Assembly: GCA_951406725.2 (NCBI GenBank)
Contig: OX597835.1
Location: 3,782,001-3,846,000 of the forward strand
From: Octopus vulgaris
Taxonomy: Eukaryota
Direction: 5' to 3'
DNA length: 64,000 nt
The position numbers were made by a program, and so were the translations under genes. Below the pieces are notes generated by a model. It ran no database searches. It saw nothing but the letters and a program-made list of their open reading frames with translations, and was not told the DNA's origin. Positions 1 to 13,422 of the stretch are shown piece after piece (position 1 is the first letter of the stretch; every line of letters begins with the position of its first letter).

Positions 1-349
1 ACCTTCCGGGACATTTGGAGGGTCAGGTATTTCTCAATGGCAAAATGAGCCCCACTCAATTTTGCTCAGATTGCTTTCAATTTTGGTGTATCGATGCAAC
101 TCTGAGTTTTGATTACAGTCAACCAATTACTTTATGGAGGGGAGGAAACCAATACAAAAAATTGACTGGTATTTGAGTTTATCGATCTCGGAAGGATTAA
201 AGACAAAAATTCATCTCTCGGTATTTGAACTCCGAACATGAAGTACTGAAACGACTCCACCACCCCACCCTATTGTATGCTTCAATATTCTAACAGTTTT
301 GCCAACACATTAACTTTGAATAAAAAAAATAACGAACTAAATAAATGAG

Positions 350-762
350 CAGGAGCAGGAGTGGCTGTGTGGTAAGTAGCTTGTTTACCAACCACATGGT
401 TCCGGGTTCAGTCCTACTGCGTGGCACCTTGGGCAAGTGTCTTCTACTATAGCCTCAGGCCGACCAAAACCTTGTGAATGGATTTGGTAGACGGAAACTG
501 AAAGAAGCCCGTCGTATATATGTATATATATATAGATATATGCGTGTGTGTGTTTGTGTATCTGTGTTTGTCCCCCTAGCATTGCTTGACAACCGATGCT
601 GGTGTGTTTATGTCCCCGTTACTTAGCGGTTCGGCAAAAGAGACCGATAGAATAAGTCCTGGGCTTACAAAAGAATAAGTCCCGGGGTCGAGTTGCTCGA
701 TTAAAGGCGGTGCTCCAGCATGGCCGCAGTCAAATGACTGAAACAAGTAAAAGAGTAAAGAG
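350..762 (+). mobile_element. SINE family A, full length (tRNA-derived head, internal (TA)/(TG) microsatellite, (GTAAAAGA)n tail)
   Basis: A-box-like GTGGCTGTGTGG and B-box-like GGTTCAGTCC head; near-identical copies at 25038, 34232, 39427 and 59555. Confidence 0.9.
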
Positions 763-1289
763 AATATTTTCTGCACAGAAACAAAAGCCGTATCAGCAAA
801 ATTCGAAGTCATTTTTGCAAAGTTAATCAGTTTTGCCTCCTCCACTGACGGGAAATATCAACTAGGAAGATTGAACGGGAATCGCTTCCACAAAACCAGA
901 TTCCTTCCGTACAGAAGCGTGGTTTTGTGTTGATCTTTATCACGAACCAGTTACAAGATGATCAAGAGCAGAATCGGTGGAGCAATTAACAAAGTATCTT
1001 GTGCTATTCAGTTACGTCTCATTTGTATTCTGGGTTCAAATAATGTCAAGGTGAAACTTGACCTTCATCCGTTCAGGTTTGGCAAAGCAAGTAGCTTTGT
1101 GAGAAGATATCACCCTGCAGTAATTAACCCCGCAGAGTAGAGGTATGTTTTCGGTGACATAAATAACTGACACGGTTTCAATTCCCAGCTGGAAACTTTT
1201 TTCTTCATTTTTGTTGTGAAACGTAAAAACATTTTCATATATCCTTTTCCTCTCTCGCGCACTTCGAATTTCTCGTCTTAATGTTATTC

Positions 1290-1587
1290 TATACATACAC
1301 ATACATACATACATACATACATACATACATACATACATACAAACACACATACATACATACCTGCATACATACATACATACATACATACATACATACATAC
1401 ATACATACATACATACCTGCATACATACATACATACATACATACATACATACACACACACATACATACATACATACACACATACACACACACATACATGC
1501 ATACAAACATACATACATACATACATACATACATACACACATACATACACACACACACACACACACATAATACATACATACATACAT

Positions 1588-1618
<31 letters not shown>

Positions 1619-1712
1619 TACATACATATGTGCATGTGTTTGAGCGTGCGTATGTGTGTATGTGTATGTGTGTGTACGCGTGTGTCTGTGTTCATATATA
1701 CATACACACATA
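1290..1712. repeat. (ACAT)n/(AC)n compound microsatellite
   Basis: Direct inspection; explains the MYVC/HTYI pseudo-ORFs. Confidence 0.95.
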
Positions 1713-1861
1713 CAGCTGTGAAACCTGAGCTAGGAAAGAGGATATAGAGAACATTCGTATACATCTCCTCTCATATTTTCTATATATTATTACATTTCTG
1801 ATTGTTAATTCAATGTTGTTCATATTTTTATTGTTATTTACGGTTACTTACTTACCTACCT

Positions 1862-1878
1862 ACCTACTACTACTACTG

Positions 1879-1924
<46 letters not shown>

Positions 1925-1928
1925 TACC

Positions 1929-2002
<74 letters not shown>

Positions 2003-2405
2003 GACTACGACTACTACTACTACTACGACTACTACTACTACTACTTCATGCTCATCCTTGAACGTATGAGTCACTCACCACGACGACCACGACCACCACC
2101 ACCGCCCTCATCATCGCTAGTATTACTGCCATTAGCATCACTATCACAACCAACACTATTACTGCTAATACCAGCAAAGCAACATTCATTGCCACCGCCA
2201 CCACCACCACCACCACCACCACCAATACCACCACCACCACCAATACCACCACCACCACCACCACCACCAATACCACACACAATACCAACACTATTAACAG
2301 CATCAACACCCACCCACCCCCATCACCACCTCCCTATCACCACCTCCATCATCACCACCTCCATCATCACCACCTCCATCATCACCACCTCCATCATCAC
2401 CGCCA
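1862..2405. repeat. (CTA)n/(CCA)n trinucleotide arrays plus a 15-bp ATCACCACCTCCATC minisatellite
   Basis: Direct inspection. Confidence 0.9.
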
Positions 2406-2677
2406 TCGCACTTTCACTTTCTCCGTATTAGGAGACATCCCTCTCTAATATCTTCCATTATTTTGGCTGAACTACGGGGGGATTCCCGCTCTACATATTC
2501 TGCAGCTGTTCCTTCACTTCAAATCCCTCTTCATGAAAAGTCTGCACTCTAAAACTAATCTGGCTTTATTGTGGTATTGATACATTCATACGTATACATA
2601 CATACAGTTGCATGCATGTACATACACATATATACACACATATAAATACACGCACACACAAACACATATATATACAC

Positions 2678-2724
2678 AAAGCCTTGTGAGTGGATTTGGT
2701 AGACGGAAACTGAAAGAAGCCCGT

Positions 2725-2815
<91 letters not shown>

Positions 2816-3042
2816 GTGTGTGTGTGTATTTATGTATGAGTTTGTGTGTCTGCGTTTGTCCCCCAACAATCGCTCGACAAGTGATATCAGTGCGTTTATG
2901 TCATCGTAACTTAGCCGTTCGCCAAAAGAGCCCGATAGAATAAGTACTAGGCTTACAAAGAATAAGTCCTGGGGTCGATTTGTTCGATTAAAGGTGGTGC
3001 TCCAACATGGCCACAGTCAAATGGCTGAAACCAGTAAAAGAA
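2678..3042 (+). mobile_element. SINE family A, 5'-truncated
   Basis: Matches 470-762 with a long internal (TA)n(TG)n. Confidence 0.85.
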
Positions 3043-3052
3043 TATATATATG

Positions 3053-3094
<42 letters not shown>

Positions 3095-3169
3095 GTTAAT
3101 CCAAACATGTACAAAGAGAAAACACAACAACGCGAGGACGTGGAACAAGTATAATGTTATTGGACGCTC
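3095..3169 (-). mobile_element. Truncated copy of Penelope-derived short element family P1
   Basis: GTTAATCCAAACATG...GGACGCTCA next to (TA)n, as at 4637 and 35972. Confidence 0.7.
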
Positions 3170-3633
3170 ACTAACACTTTGTAGTGTGTATCCAAAGCTA
3201 CTAATTCTCACTGTTGTTTGATTGGACGCCGTATAGTGATGTACTGGATTCGTTCGTTCATTTCGAATAAACAAATATACTCTGTCGCATGAGATGAGTG
3301 CTTTACTTCCCGTTTGTGTATCCGAAATCGAAGACAATCTTCCTCTCGATGAACGAATCCACTGTCTAACCATGCCCCGATTTCCATATAGAACTTTCCA
3401 CTCTGTAAGCTAAACACACTGACAACAATTTCATTTTCATTTACTGCACGCTTCTATAACAGATTTGCAATCGTAATTTTATATTTAGTTACTAAGTCTA
3501 TTTTTATGCAGTCCAATCCTAATTTCAAGTCAGACCTTCATTTCCGTTTTAAAATTCTTGACAATTCTATTTTCAAACGATCGACAATAACTCAAATTTA
3601 TTCTTCCTCTTCTGCTCCTCTAATTATTTGAAA

Positions 3634-3693
<60 letters not shown>

Positions 3694-3816
3694 TCTTTGC
3701 AGCTTTATTAATAAAGTAAATATATATGTATGATTTCACTGGCGGTGCCCCTGTATCAACAGCTTTAGGGCTGAAACATAAAAGAATAAAAGAATATATG
3801 TATGTGTATGTGTATG

Positions 3817-3875
<59 letters not shown>

Positions 3876-3879
<4 letters not shown>

Positions 3880-4102
3880 AACGCAACAATACTGAGCTTA
3901 GTAAATTAATTTGGTCTCAATTTGATTTAGAATGGAATATTCTAAGTCGTTTCCTTATGATAAGGGTAAATTTTATTGTTCGCTCTGTAACGATGAAATG
4001 TATTTCATCCTGTTCTCAAAGAATCCACTTGTAAACACGTTTAAAGAACGCGTTTATCGTTGCAAGCATTGGCGAAAAGATACCTTTATTTCCTATAAGT
4101 AA
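3876..4102 (+). pseudogene. Penelope-like element GIY-YIG endonuclease C-terminus, frameshifted
   Basis: Manual translation NNTELSKLIW..EWNILS / PYDKGKFYCSLCNDEMYFILFSKNPLVNTFKERVYRCKHWRK..*; same T-x-LSKxIW, CxLC and CxH pattern as 37900-38275. Confidence 0.7.
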
Positions 4103-4522
4103 TTTCTATCAATATATAGAACTTGAACCTTAGCTGTTTTCTTACATTTCATATTCACTAAATATATCTATTTCCACGCCTTTAAGTTTTATTCCTATTC
4201 ACCTATCGCTCTATATTTCTCCACTATTAGTTTTATGCTAATTTCTTTCTTTCTTCTCCTCTTCCTCCTCTTTCTATAAACTGCCTTTGGAGGAATATAT
4301 CTATTAACGGCTTTTTTAAAAAAAACTTGCCAGCGTTCTCTTCATCATATTTGCAGTCATCACATTCTGTTAAAATGTATTGTTGATGTGCTTGGTTTCT
4401 TTCTTTCCCTGGTGAGAAGATTGCATTGTTTTACATCATCTTATTCCTTCTGGAATAATACCAATGTTTTCTTCGAAACACATGTCGGAAGTATAAATAT
4501 TTGAATAACACCTGCATTTAAT

Positions 4523-4812
<290 letters not shown>

Positions 4813-5279
4813 TTGAACGCCACGCATCCGTTTCCACATAAGTTTATTTTAATTTTTTTGATGCGACTCTACTCTATACTGTTTTTTCACCCATCGTTTT
4901 CTCTCTCATCCTTTCTCTAATTCCCTTTTTATTTCCCCTTCACCATTTTCTATCTCTCTCTCTCCCTCCCGCTTTCTCCTTTACTCTCTCTCGTTGCTCA
5001 TACGTGACCATCGTCCATCTTTCTGTTCCTCACGTTGTCATCTTTCTTTTCTTTCAGGACTCTCCGAAAGAGAGGAAGTATCCTATCTCTCTCTTCTATC
5101 TTTTCTCTTGTCAAAGAAAATATTTCTCCAGCGTTCACTACTTTACCCTCATTCTGGTCTAAAGGCCCTCCATGTTTGTTTTTGTTCAGTTTCCTTGTAT
5201 GTCTCCACTGTCCTGTTTTTGCTCCCAGCTTTGACCCTCCATAAATCCAAAATTTTGTTTGGTATTTATGAGAGCAACT

Positions 5280-5465
5280 GTCTTCGAAGACTCATATTGT
5301 CGTTCAATGCTCAAAATGAGGAGTAGATACACAGCCGACAACTAATGAAGGGTCGTTCTTTTTGTTACTTCTGTTTTCCATTTGTTTCTCTCGTTGTTTG
5401 CTATTGAACTCATTTGTTTTCGTATTTCATGTTGCTTACTGTTGGGGACATCCTGTACCCATATA

Positions 5466-5470
<5 letters not shown>
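5280..5470 (+). mobile_element. (TA)n-anchored short repeat, family P6
   Basis: 5360-5470 is the reverse complement of 48838-48957 (TTTTCGTATTTCATGTTG..GTACCCA.ATATGCAT); ends in (TA)n. Confidence 0.55.
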
Positions 5471-5519
<49 letters not shown>

Positions 5520-5521
<2 letters not shown>

Positions 5522-5692
5522 GGAGTAAGCATATAAATGTGAAACAATGTGAAAAAAGGGTACTCAAATACCAGAGGTAAAAGCAGCAAAAATATAACAA
5601 AAGCTGTTACTCAGAGTTTCACATTCTCGACGAACAGGAACGTGAAACTCTGAGTAACAGCTTTTGTTATATTTCTACAACTTTTAAATAAA

Positions 5693-5695
<3 letters not shown>
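5520..5695. mobile_element. Family P3 element in inverted arrangement, forming a 33-bp perfect hairpin (5590-5674)
   Basis: AAATATAACAAAAGCTGTTACTCAGAGTTTCAC and its exact reverse complement; (TA)n on both sides; homologous to 56350-56472. Confidence 0.75.
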
Positions 5696-5747
<52 letters not shown>

Positions 5748-5755
5748 TATACATA

Positions 5756-5837
<82 letters not shown>

Positions 5838-6492
5838 ACAGGAAAAGAGAGAGTGAGAAAGAGAGAAAGATACACACACACACACACTGATTTGCCCTTC
5901 TGGCTTCTTAGATGGCGTTGAGGATCTTCAATATACATTTTTGTTGGGATATTTCCAGTTTATTGACTCCCTTTCTGGCTCCTCTCTACATTTCGCTCTT
6001 GTACACGTCATTATATACACATCAGATTCGGTGTTGAATAACACGTAGCAGCATGAACATTTAGTCTATACACTGCTTTATATTGGCTTCTACACTCTCA
6101 CACACACACATGCACTCGAACACGCGCACGCTGACGCACGTACACACCCACACTCATACACCCCCCCAACACACACACACATCCATACTCACACGTAGTA
6201 ATCGATGCCTTACACGTACACAGACCCGGGGGTAGTGTGTGTGTGTGTGTGTGTGTGTGTGTTAGAACGTAACAAGCAGAGATTGCAAAAATTTCGATCT
6301 GTTATATTGTTAATCTGACGTCAAAGACCATCTGTCGCTGGGAATCGATCGCCGCACTCACTGTCTAAAAGGACGAAGTCTCTCGACTGACTCGTGTAAG
6401 TGTTCGATGCTACGGTTTTCACACACACTCACACACACACAGTCATACACACACTCGCATACATACACACTTACACGCACACATACTTATAC

Positions 6493-6554
<62 letters not shown>

Positions 6555-6785
6555 GTATATATATATATTTAGATGCATAATATGTGTAAATTATGTAACA
6601 GCAGCAAAAAACGGGATGGTGCGATGACTTCACCTGCCACCAGGGCCGCTCCAGAAGGGCTGTACAAGACTATGGACAGATGGCGGTAGAAACAGCTGGC
6701 AGGAGTGGCGTGGCGGGCGTGGCGGGTTGGAGGGATGTGATTTTTTAGGAGTGTATTTAACTCCAAAACTGGACATACGTGTGTT

Positions 6786-6840
<55 letters not shown>

Positions 6841-6992
6841 TTGTGTGTGTGTGTGCGCGTGCATACGTGTGTATGTATGTATGTATGTGTGCATGTATGT
6901 ATGTAGATTGTGTTTCCGCATATGTACACGCATATATACATACATATGTACATACATACATACCTTCGTACATACATACATACATACATACA

Positions 6993-7019
<27 letters not shown>

Positions 7020-7023
<4 letters not shown>

Positions 7024-7245
7024 TTCTTTACTACCCACAAGGGGCTAAACACAGAGAGGACAAACAAGGACAAACAAACGGATTAAGTCGATTACATCGA
7101 CCCCAGTGCGTAACTGGTACTAAATTTATCGACCCTGAAAGGATGAAAGGCAAAGTCGACCTCGGCGGAATTCGAACTCAGAACGTAACGGCAGACGAAA
7201 TACGGCTACGCATTTCGCCCAGCGTGCTAACGTTTCTGCCAGTTC
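7020..7245 (-). mobile_element. SINE family B
   Basis: Reverse complement of GCTGGCAGAAACGTTAG..GAGTTCGAATTCC..CCTTTCATCCTTTC.GGGTCGAT. Confidence 0.85.
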
Positions 7246-7304
7246 ATACATACATACACAGGACCGCTCTATCTACACAATGAAGTTAATATCAATGTGG
7301 ATGA

Positions 7305-7482
7305 AAGGCGGCGAGCTGGCAGAAACGTTAGCACGTTCTGAGTTCAAATTTCGCCGAGGTCGACTTTGCCTTTCATCCTTTCGGGGTCGATAAATTAAGT
7401 ACCAGTTGCATACTGGGGTCGATGTAATGGACTGGCCCCCTCCCCAAAATTCCGAGCCGTCTACCTAGTGTAGGAAAGAATA
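7305..7482 (+). mobile_element. SINE family B, internally deleted
   Basis: GGCGGCGAGCTGGCAG head, central domain, AAAGAATAT tail. Confidence 0.85.
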
Positions 7483-8009
7483 TTCTAACACGCGTGCTGC
7501 TCTGTTGAATAAGGGTTTTTATAATTGATTAAATTATCCACTACCTGATCATATTTAACCACAGGCTAGGCATTACTGAGCACATATATGACCAATCGAA
7601 GTCCAGTCGTAACCATCTGTCATTTTGTTTATTTTCAGGCAGAGCGTATACAGAACTACATTATCTAATGCTTCGTTCCTTTCGTCCCCTTCTGATGTTA
7701 GTAGGATGTGATTTGAGGGAGATTTTGCTAGTATTTCTAGCACGGTCCACAACAACGTAAAAGGTCACCTTAGGTGTCTGTGCGAGATGTCAAGCGCTGA
7801 TGCATCAAATATACACTTATTGTAGGGTTGTGCTGTGTTAAGTAGTCACACGCGTCAAACTAAATGACTCTGATTTGGTATTTGTACATTAACAATATAA
7901 GGAATGATGACAGTAGGTTGGCAGGCGGGAAGAGTGTTGCAAAAGCGTAAGTAAAAGAGAAGGGGAGATAATGCTTGAGAAACGTTTTATAAATAAAAGA
8001 TAGTTATCT

Positions 8010-8378
8010 TCATCATCATCATCATTGTTCGACTGTGGTCGAGACAATGGAATTTACCATGCTACGCCAGACTTCACGGTCCATCATGGCATTACGGAGG
8101 TCCTGTTGCTGGATGCCTGTATCACTGGAGATTACATCAGGGTAGGAGAGTGTGCGCCCTCTGGTATTGCGAGTAGATGGCTTCCAGAGGAGAAGAGTAG
8201 AAATTACTTCTTTTTCAGCTCTACAACAATGTCCAGCAAACTGGACTCTCCTACCTTTCACAAGAGATGACACTGGTGGTAGTTTCCCATATATTTGCAT
8301 TTTGGTTGGATGGCGCTTCCACGAGAGATTTTGAGCTCTCATAAGGAGGCGAGTGTAGGTTCCATCCAACCGCCTCTT
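8010..8378 (-). mobile_element. RTE-clade LINE 3' fragment (ORF C-terminus plus (TGA)n tail)
   Basis: ORF 8022..8381 RRVQFAGHCCR..LLLWKP..AMMDREVWRSMV matches the RTE C-terminal GH..R / DR..WR pattern; second copy at 18058. Confidence 0.85.
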
Positions 8379-8892
8379 CATAAAATTATTGTTTTTGGAG
8401 ACCTCAAAGTATTTTTTTTCTTAATCATTAAGATTCTAATAAATTGATATAATTACAAGACTGCGGTTCTTATATTTCATTTAAAAAACATTTCTGCATT
8501 TCTAAATCAAATAATTCTATTTGTTTAACTGCAGAGCCATTCCTGAGCTGGGGCCGAATGCAATAAAGCAAATCCAACAAATAGCTTGCGGGAACCTGTG
8601 AAAATCTCTTTAATTGCTTAGCAACCTGATAAAGCAAGTATTATCGTAAAAGCAGTGTAGTGGTGAGGAATTGTTGGCAAGAATTCAGAGCCATTCCGTT
8701 GTTATTAGCCCCAACCATTGCACTTTGAGATTAAGCAGCTGGAAAGTTATGCTTTTTTAAAAAGATATAAATCAGTTTCTGGAAACACACGTCTTTATCT
8801 TGCACAAAAAGAGAAAAGAAAAGAAAAACATCAACGAATTCATTTTGTTTATTATGCTTTATGTATATATCTAAGTATGTAATATATGTGTA

Positions 8893-8945
<53 letters not shown>

Positions 8946-8993
8946 GTATAAGCAGGAACAATCGCAAAACTCAAACATACAAACACACAGACA

Positions 8994-9096
<103 letters not shown>

Positions 9097-9245
9097 ATTC
9101 GGTATGGTAGATGAGTTCAGCAAAAATTTAGATTCAGATGAATATGGTACTTAAGTTGAGGCACCAGAATTTAGTTCGGTATTATCCATACAATTTCAAA
9201 GTAATGTGATTAAAATAAAGAATGATGACAGAAGGTTTCTTATTT

Positions 9246-9319
<74 letters not shown>

Positions 9320-9323
9320 ATAT

Positions 9324-9506
9324 AGGGAGAGTTTACGAAAAAAACAAAAGACGAAGACAGGTGGTGTACAAAACAAACAGATGTTTTAGTATAACGCTCA
9401 GGAATAGAAAAAGTCCTTTACGTTTCGAGCCTATGCTCTTCCACAGAAAGGGATACAGAAAAAAACAAGGAGAGAAAAAAATGTGCGTAGTGGCTAACGA
9501 TCTATC
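9324..9506 (-). mobile_element. Family P2 short element with hammerhead motif (9415-9450)
   Basis: Minus strand CUUU-CUGUGGA-A-GAGC(AUAG)GCUC-GAAAC-GUA-AAGG; homologous to 55128-55325; lies between microsatellites. Confidence 0.7.
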
Positions 9507-9879
9507 ATATACATACATCCATCCATCCATCCATACATACATACATACATACATACATACATACATACATACATACACTTAATACATACATATACATGCC
9601 TATAAACATACATATATATATATAAAGTTATAGGTAGTAAGCCTTCCACACACTAATTGTACCACGAATAAGAACAGTCGAATATCATGTCGAAAAACAA
9701 TAGTAAGACTTCTGATATGTTGCTTTTGAAATGAAAAGCCAATTAAATATATTATTAGATATTTTGTCATCAAGGATTGCAAGAATCTAATATCTAAATA
9801 CAGATATAAATATATCGGTTTGCAAAAGATTTATGCGTTGTGAAATGATTGAGTTAAAAATAAAACGTTGTATACTTTA

Positions 9880-10720
9880 GAGATTACAGGTGAAAATGGC
9901 GGTGCGGGGTGGAGTGGGGGGGACACAAAGGAAAATGGAAAAAACACAAAAAAGAGAAAGTAATAGAAATAAACTGTTGAAAAATAAAATATATGAATAT
10001 AAACATAAAATGGAGGAAAAGAGCAGAAGAGATAAAAGGAAATACGCCATTGACGGTCTTAGGATATAATAACTGATAGAGGAAGGTTTACGTTGAAAGT
10101 CTTTCGTCGTTGAGGAATGGGGAGTAAAAAAGAAAGTCTGAGACTTCGTGGTTATATAACTGATAGAAGGTAATGGGTAAAAAAACAAACGTAAAACAGA
10201 GAGGATGAGTCTGTTGGAGAGGAGTGAGAGGGAGTAAGAGAATATTATATAATGGAGGAGGGGCATGAAGCACTTAAAAAACGATGCTGATTAGAGAATA
10301 TAAACTCGAGTTAGAGAGATTAGGATTAGCTGAGTGTGGAAAGAGGTAGAAGAAGAAAAAATAGAAGAATATTGAAAATAAAAGTCGTGAAAAACATTGT
10401 AAATGGAGAGAGAAAGAAAGAATGGAGTTGACAACAATAAATATTCGTTTGCAAGGAAGGTGTGGTGTTGGAAAGAAAGTTCTCGGTAAAAAATAAGGGC
10501 CATGAAATTGTAACAGAATGGTATTATAACAAAATGGCATAACAGAGTGATGTTATAACAGAATAATGAAAGATTCAGAAAGAGAGAAAGAAATGGTAAA
10601 GATTAGTGAAAGACTGTTATAGGACAGAGGGAATTGTTCAATAAATATACATAAAATAAAATAAACTAATCGCAAAAATTGAGAAATTGAAATAGTTTTA
10701 GCAATAACAAAAAAGAAGTA
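9880..10720 (-). pseudogene. Possible very old LINE RT relic
   Basis: Strong strand skew; a fragment reading FHGP..ENFLSN resembles the non-LTR RT I.NFLS.R motif; heavily degraded. Confidence 0.3.
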
Positions 10721-10729
10721 TTAATAATA

Positions 10730-11128
10730 AACATTTCTACTGTAGGTATAAGGCCTGAAATTTGGGGGAGGGGATTAAGTCGATTACATCGACATAAGTG
10801 CGTAACTGGTACTTATTTAATCGACCCCGAAAGGTTGAAAGGTAAAGTCGACTTGTGCAGAATTTGAACGCAGAACGTAGCGACGGGCGAAATATCTATT
10901 TCTTTATTGCCTATAGGGGGATAAACATAGAGGGGATAAACAAGGACAGACAAAGGGATTAAGTCGATTACATCGACCCCAGTGCGTAACTGGTACTTAT
11001 TTAATCGACCCACAAAGGATGAGCGGCAAAATCGACCTCGGCGGAATTTGAACTCAGAACGTAGAGGCAGACAAAATACAGCTAAGCATTTCACCCGGCG
11101 TGCTGAAGATTCTGCCAGCTTGCCGCCT
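10730..11128 (-). mobile_element. SINE family B with internal tandem duplication
   Basis: Two copies of the B-box plus central-domain unit. Confidence 0.85.
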
Positions 11129-11162
<34 letters not shown>

Positions 11163-12674
11163 GCCCTGAAGCAGTACCAGGCAGTGGCTCTCATGGCTTC
11201 TGATCTTAACTGATTGGAAGTGTTATCAGGTACATTGTTTTGTCATGTGTGTTAGTATATTGCATATTTTTCTGTGCTTTTTCTGTGTGTTGGTATTTTT
11301 ACATATTTTTTTAATTTCATATATTTTCCTATATTTTTTCTGTGTTGATTCTTCACACCACGAGATTCATTTCACTCGCGTTTTGTTTTAATTTCTCTGT
11401 GTGTTTGTATATTACATATTTTTGACCAGTGTTATTATCATAGTTTACAAATCCAAGCTTGAAAATGTTACTCAACTTTGGAGTTTGGGAGACAGATGCC
11501 CCCTTCCCCCCAGACACATGCACTTAAATATTAATGAGGTACACAAATACACGACAGGTATACATGACGGGTATACATAATACTGAAATACGCCTAAAGT
11601 AAACACATGCAAACAAATATATTAATATATAACAAATCTTAAAAAATAATAAAAACAATCAATGAAGAGACAAAAGAAACAGTAAGATGATACATGTTGA
11701 TTTTATTAGGTATTTCTGTTTATTTAGAAACCTACAATGAACAGGTCATTTCACAGACGCTAAACTATAAATTTCACAGGATACAACCTTAAAGATGACA
11801 CCGCTCTGCTAAACGCAGAAAATATGTCTCGCTATTGGCTAAAAATACACAGTTTCTTCGATTTTTAAATCTCTGTAACTTTTTCCTTCAATTTGTTTTA
11901 CCTCCACAACATCATACTTTTATAATAAGAGTGGAAAGTATTATTATAGCGGATTTTCAGATTTTTTTACTTCCTTTTAAAAAATGCAAATTTTGTGAAT
12001 CAGTTTAACTATATCCATCGTCTGAAAATTGTTTTGAAATTATAAACAGACTTAAGGTGGTGTCCCAGCATGGCCGCAGTCAAAATGACCCAAACAAATA
12101 AAAGAATAAAACACAAATAGCAGATTCAAACCGTCTGTATTTTAAAAATATGATTTAAATAAATTTCTAAACAAAAAAGCCGAAATTTTGAGATTAATTT
12201 TTAAAATTTCACTGTGGGTTTTAAATTACGTTTCATTTTCCTTTTGAAAATAACCAAAGCTGGGATTATAATGGTGACCACCGGTTTCCAGTTTTTTTTT
12301 TTCTTTTAGCCTTCAGGGCTTCTCCCATCGTTTTTATTGGCCAAAATCGGTACAGAGTAAGGGGTGGGTGAAAAATTCATAAATTTTCAATTTTTTTTTT
12401 TTACTGCAAAAGCGTATCTCATGCCTTTTAAGTGCGTAGTGAAAAAAAAACCAAGAAAATCAGTCCGGAAGGAAGGTGGATTCATAAATTTTCGAAAATT
12501 ATTTTTCATAAAAGCTTTCGCACCAACATTTGCAAGGCTCTGGTGCAAAAATAAGCTTCAAAATTCCCCGTCAAAACGGGAGAAAATCCGGCATATGTTG
12601 GTGTGATATTCTGAAAGTCCGCCAAATCAAACTTTTGTGAAAATTATTCGGGAGCGACGGGATACTCAGCTACT

Positions 12675-12878
12675 ATGTGTGTGTGTGTGTGTGTGCGTTT
12701 GTCCCCCACCACCGCTTGACAACCGGTGTTGGTGTGTAACGTTAGCGGTTCAGCAAAAGTAACTGGCAGAATATGTACTAGGCTTAAAAAATAAGTTCTG
12801 GGTCGATTTGTCCGACCAAATCTCTTTAAGGTGGTGCCCCAACGTGGCCGCAGTCGGTTGACTGAAACAAGTAAAAGA
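12675..12878 (+). mobile_element. SINE family A, 3' half (diverged)
   Basis: GCTTGACAACCG..GACTGAAACAAGTAAAAGAG. Confidence 0.8.
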
Positions 12879-12882
12879 GATG

Positions 12883-12965
<83 letters not shown>

Positions 12966-12974
12966 CTCTTACCC

Positions 12975-13345
12975 TTTTCACTCTTTTACTTGTTTCAATC
13001 ATTTTGACTGCGGCCATGCTGGAGCACCGCCTTTAGTCGAGCAAATGGACCCCGGGACTTATTCTTTGTAAGTCTAGTACTTATTATATCGGTCACTTTT
13101 GCCGAACCGCTAAGTGACGGGCGATGCTAGGGGGACAAACACAGACACACAAACATACACACTCATACATATACATATATACGACGGGCTTCTTTCAGTT
13201 TCCGTCTACCAAATCTACTCACAAGGTTTTGGTCGGCCCGAGGCTATAGTAGAAGACACTTGCCCAAGATGCCACGCAGTGGGACTGAAGCCGGAACTAT
13301 ATGATTGGTAAGCAAGCTACTTACCACACAGCCACTCCTGCGCCT
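12975..13345 (-). mobile_element. SINE family A, small internal deletion
   Basis: Reverse complement of 350-762. Confidence 0.9.
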
Positions 13346-13350
13346 ATATA

Positions 13351-13422
<72 letters not shown>

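Noticed and set aside
1036-2431. Long ORFs such as 1036..1764, 1802..2431, 20900..21820, 44564..45262 and 50994..51854
   Set aside because: They are translations of stop-free microsatellites with no protein-like complexity
12200-12675. Old Helitron with a degenerate 3' end (CGGGAGCGACGGGATACTCAGCTAC)
   Set aside because: No intact CTAG or hairpin and no identifiable 5' end
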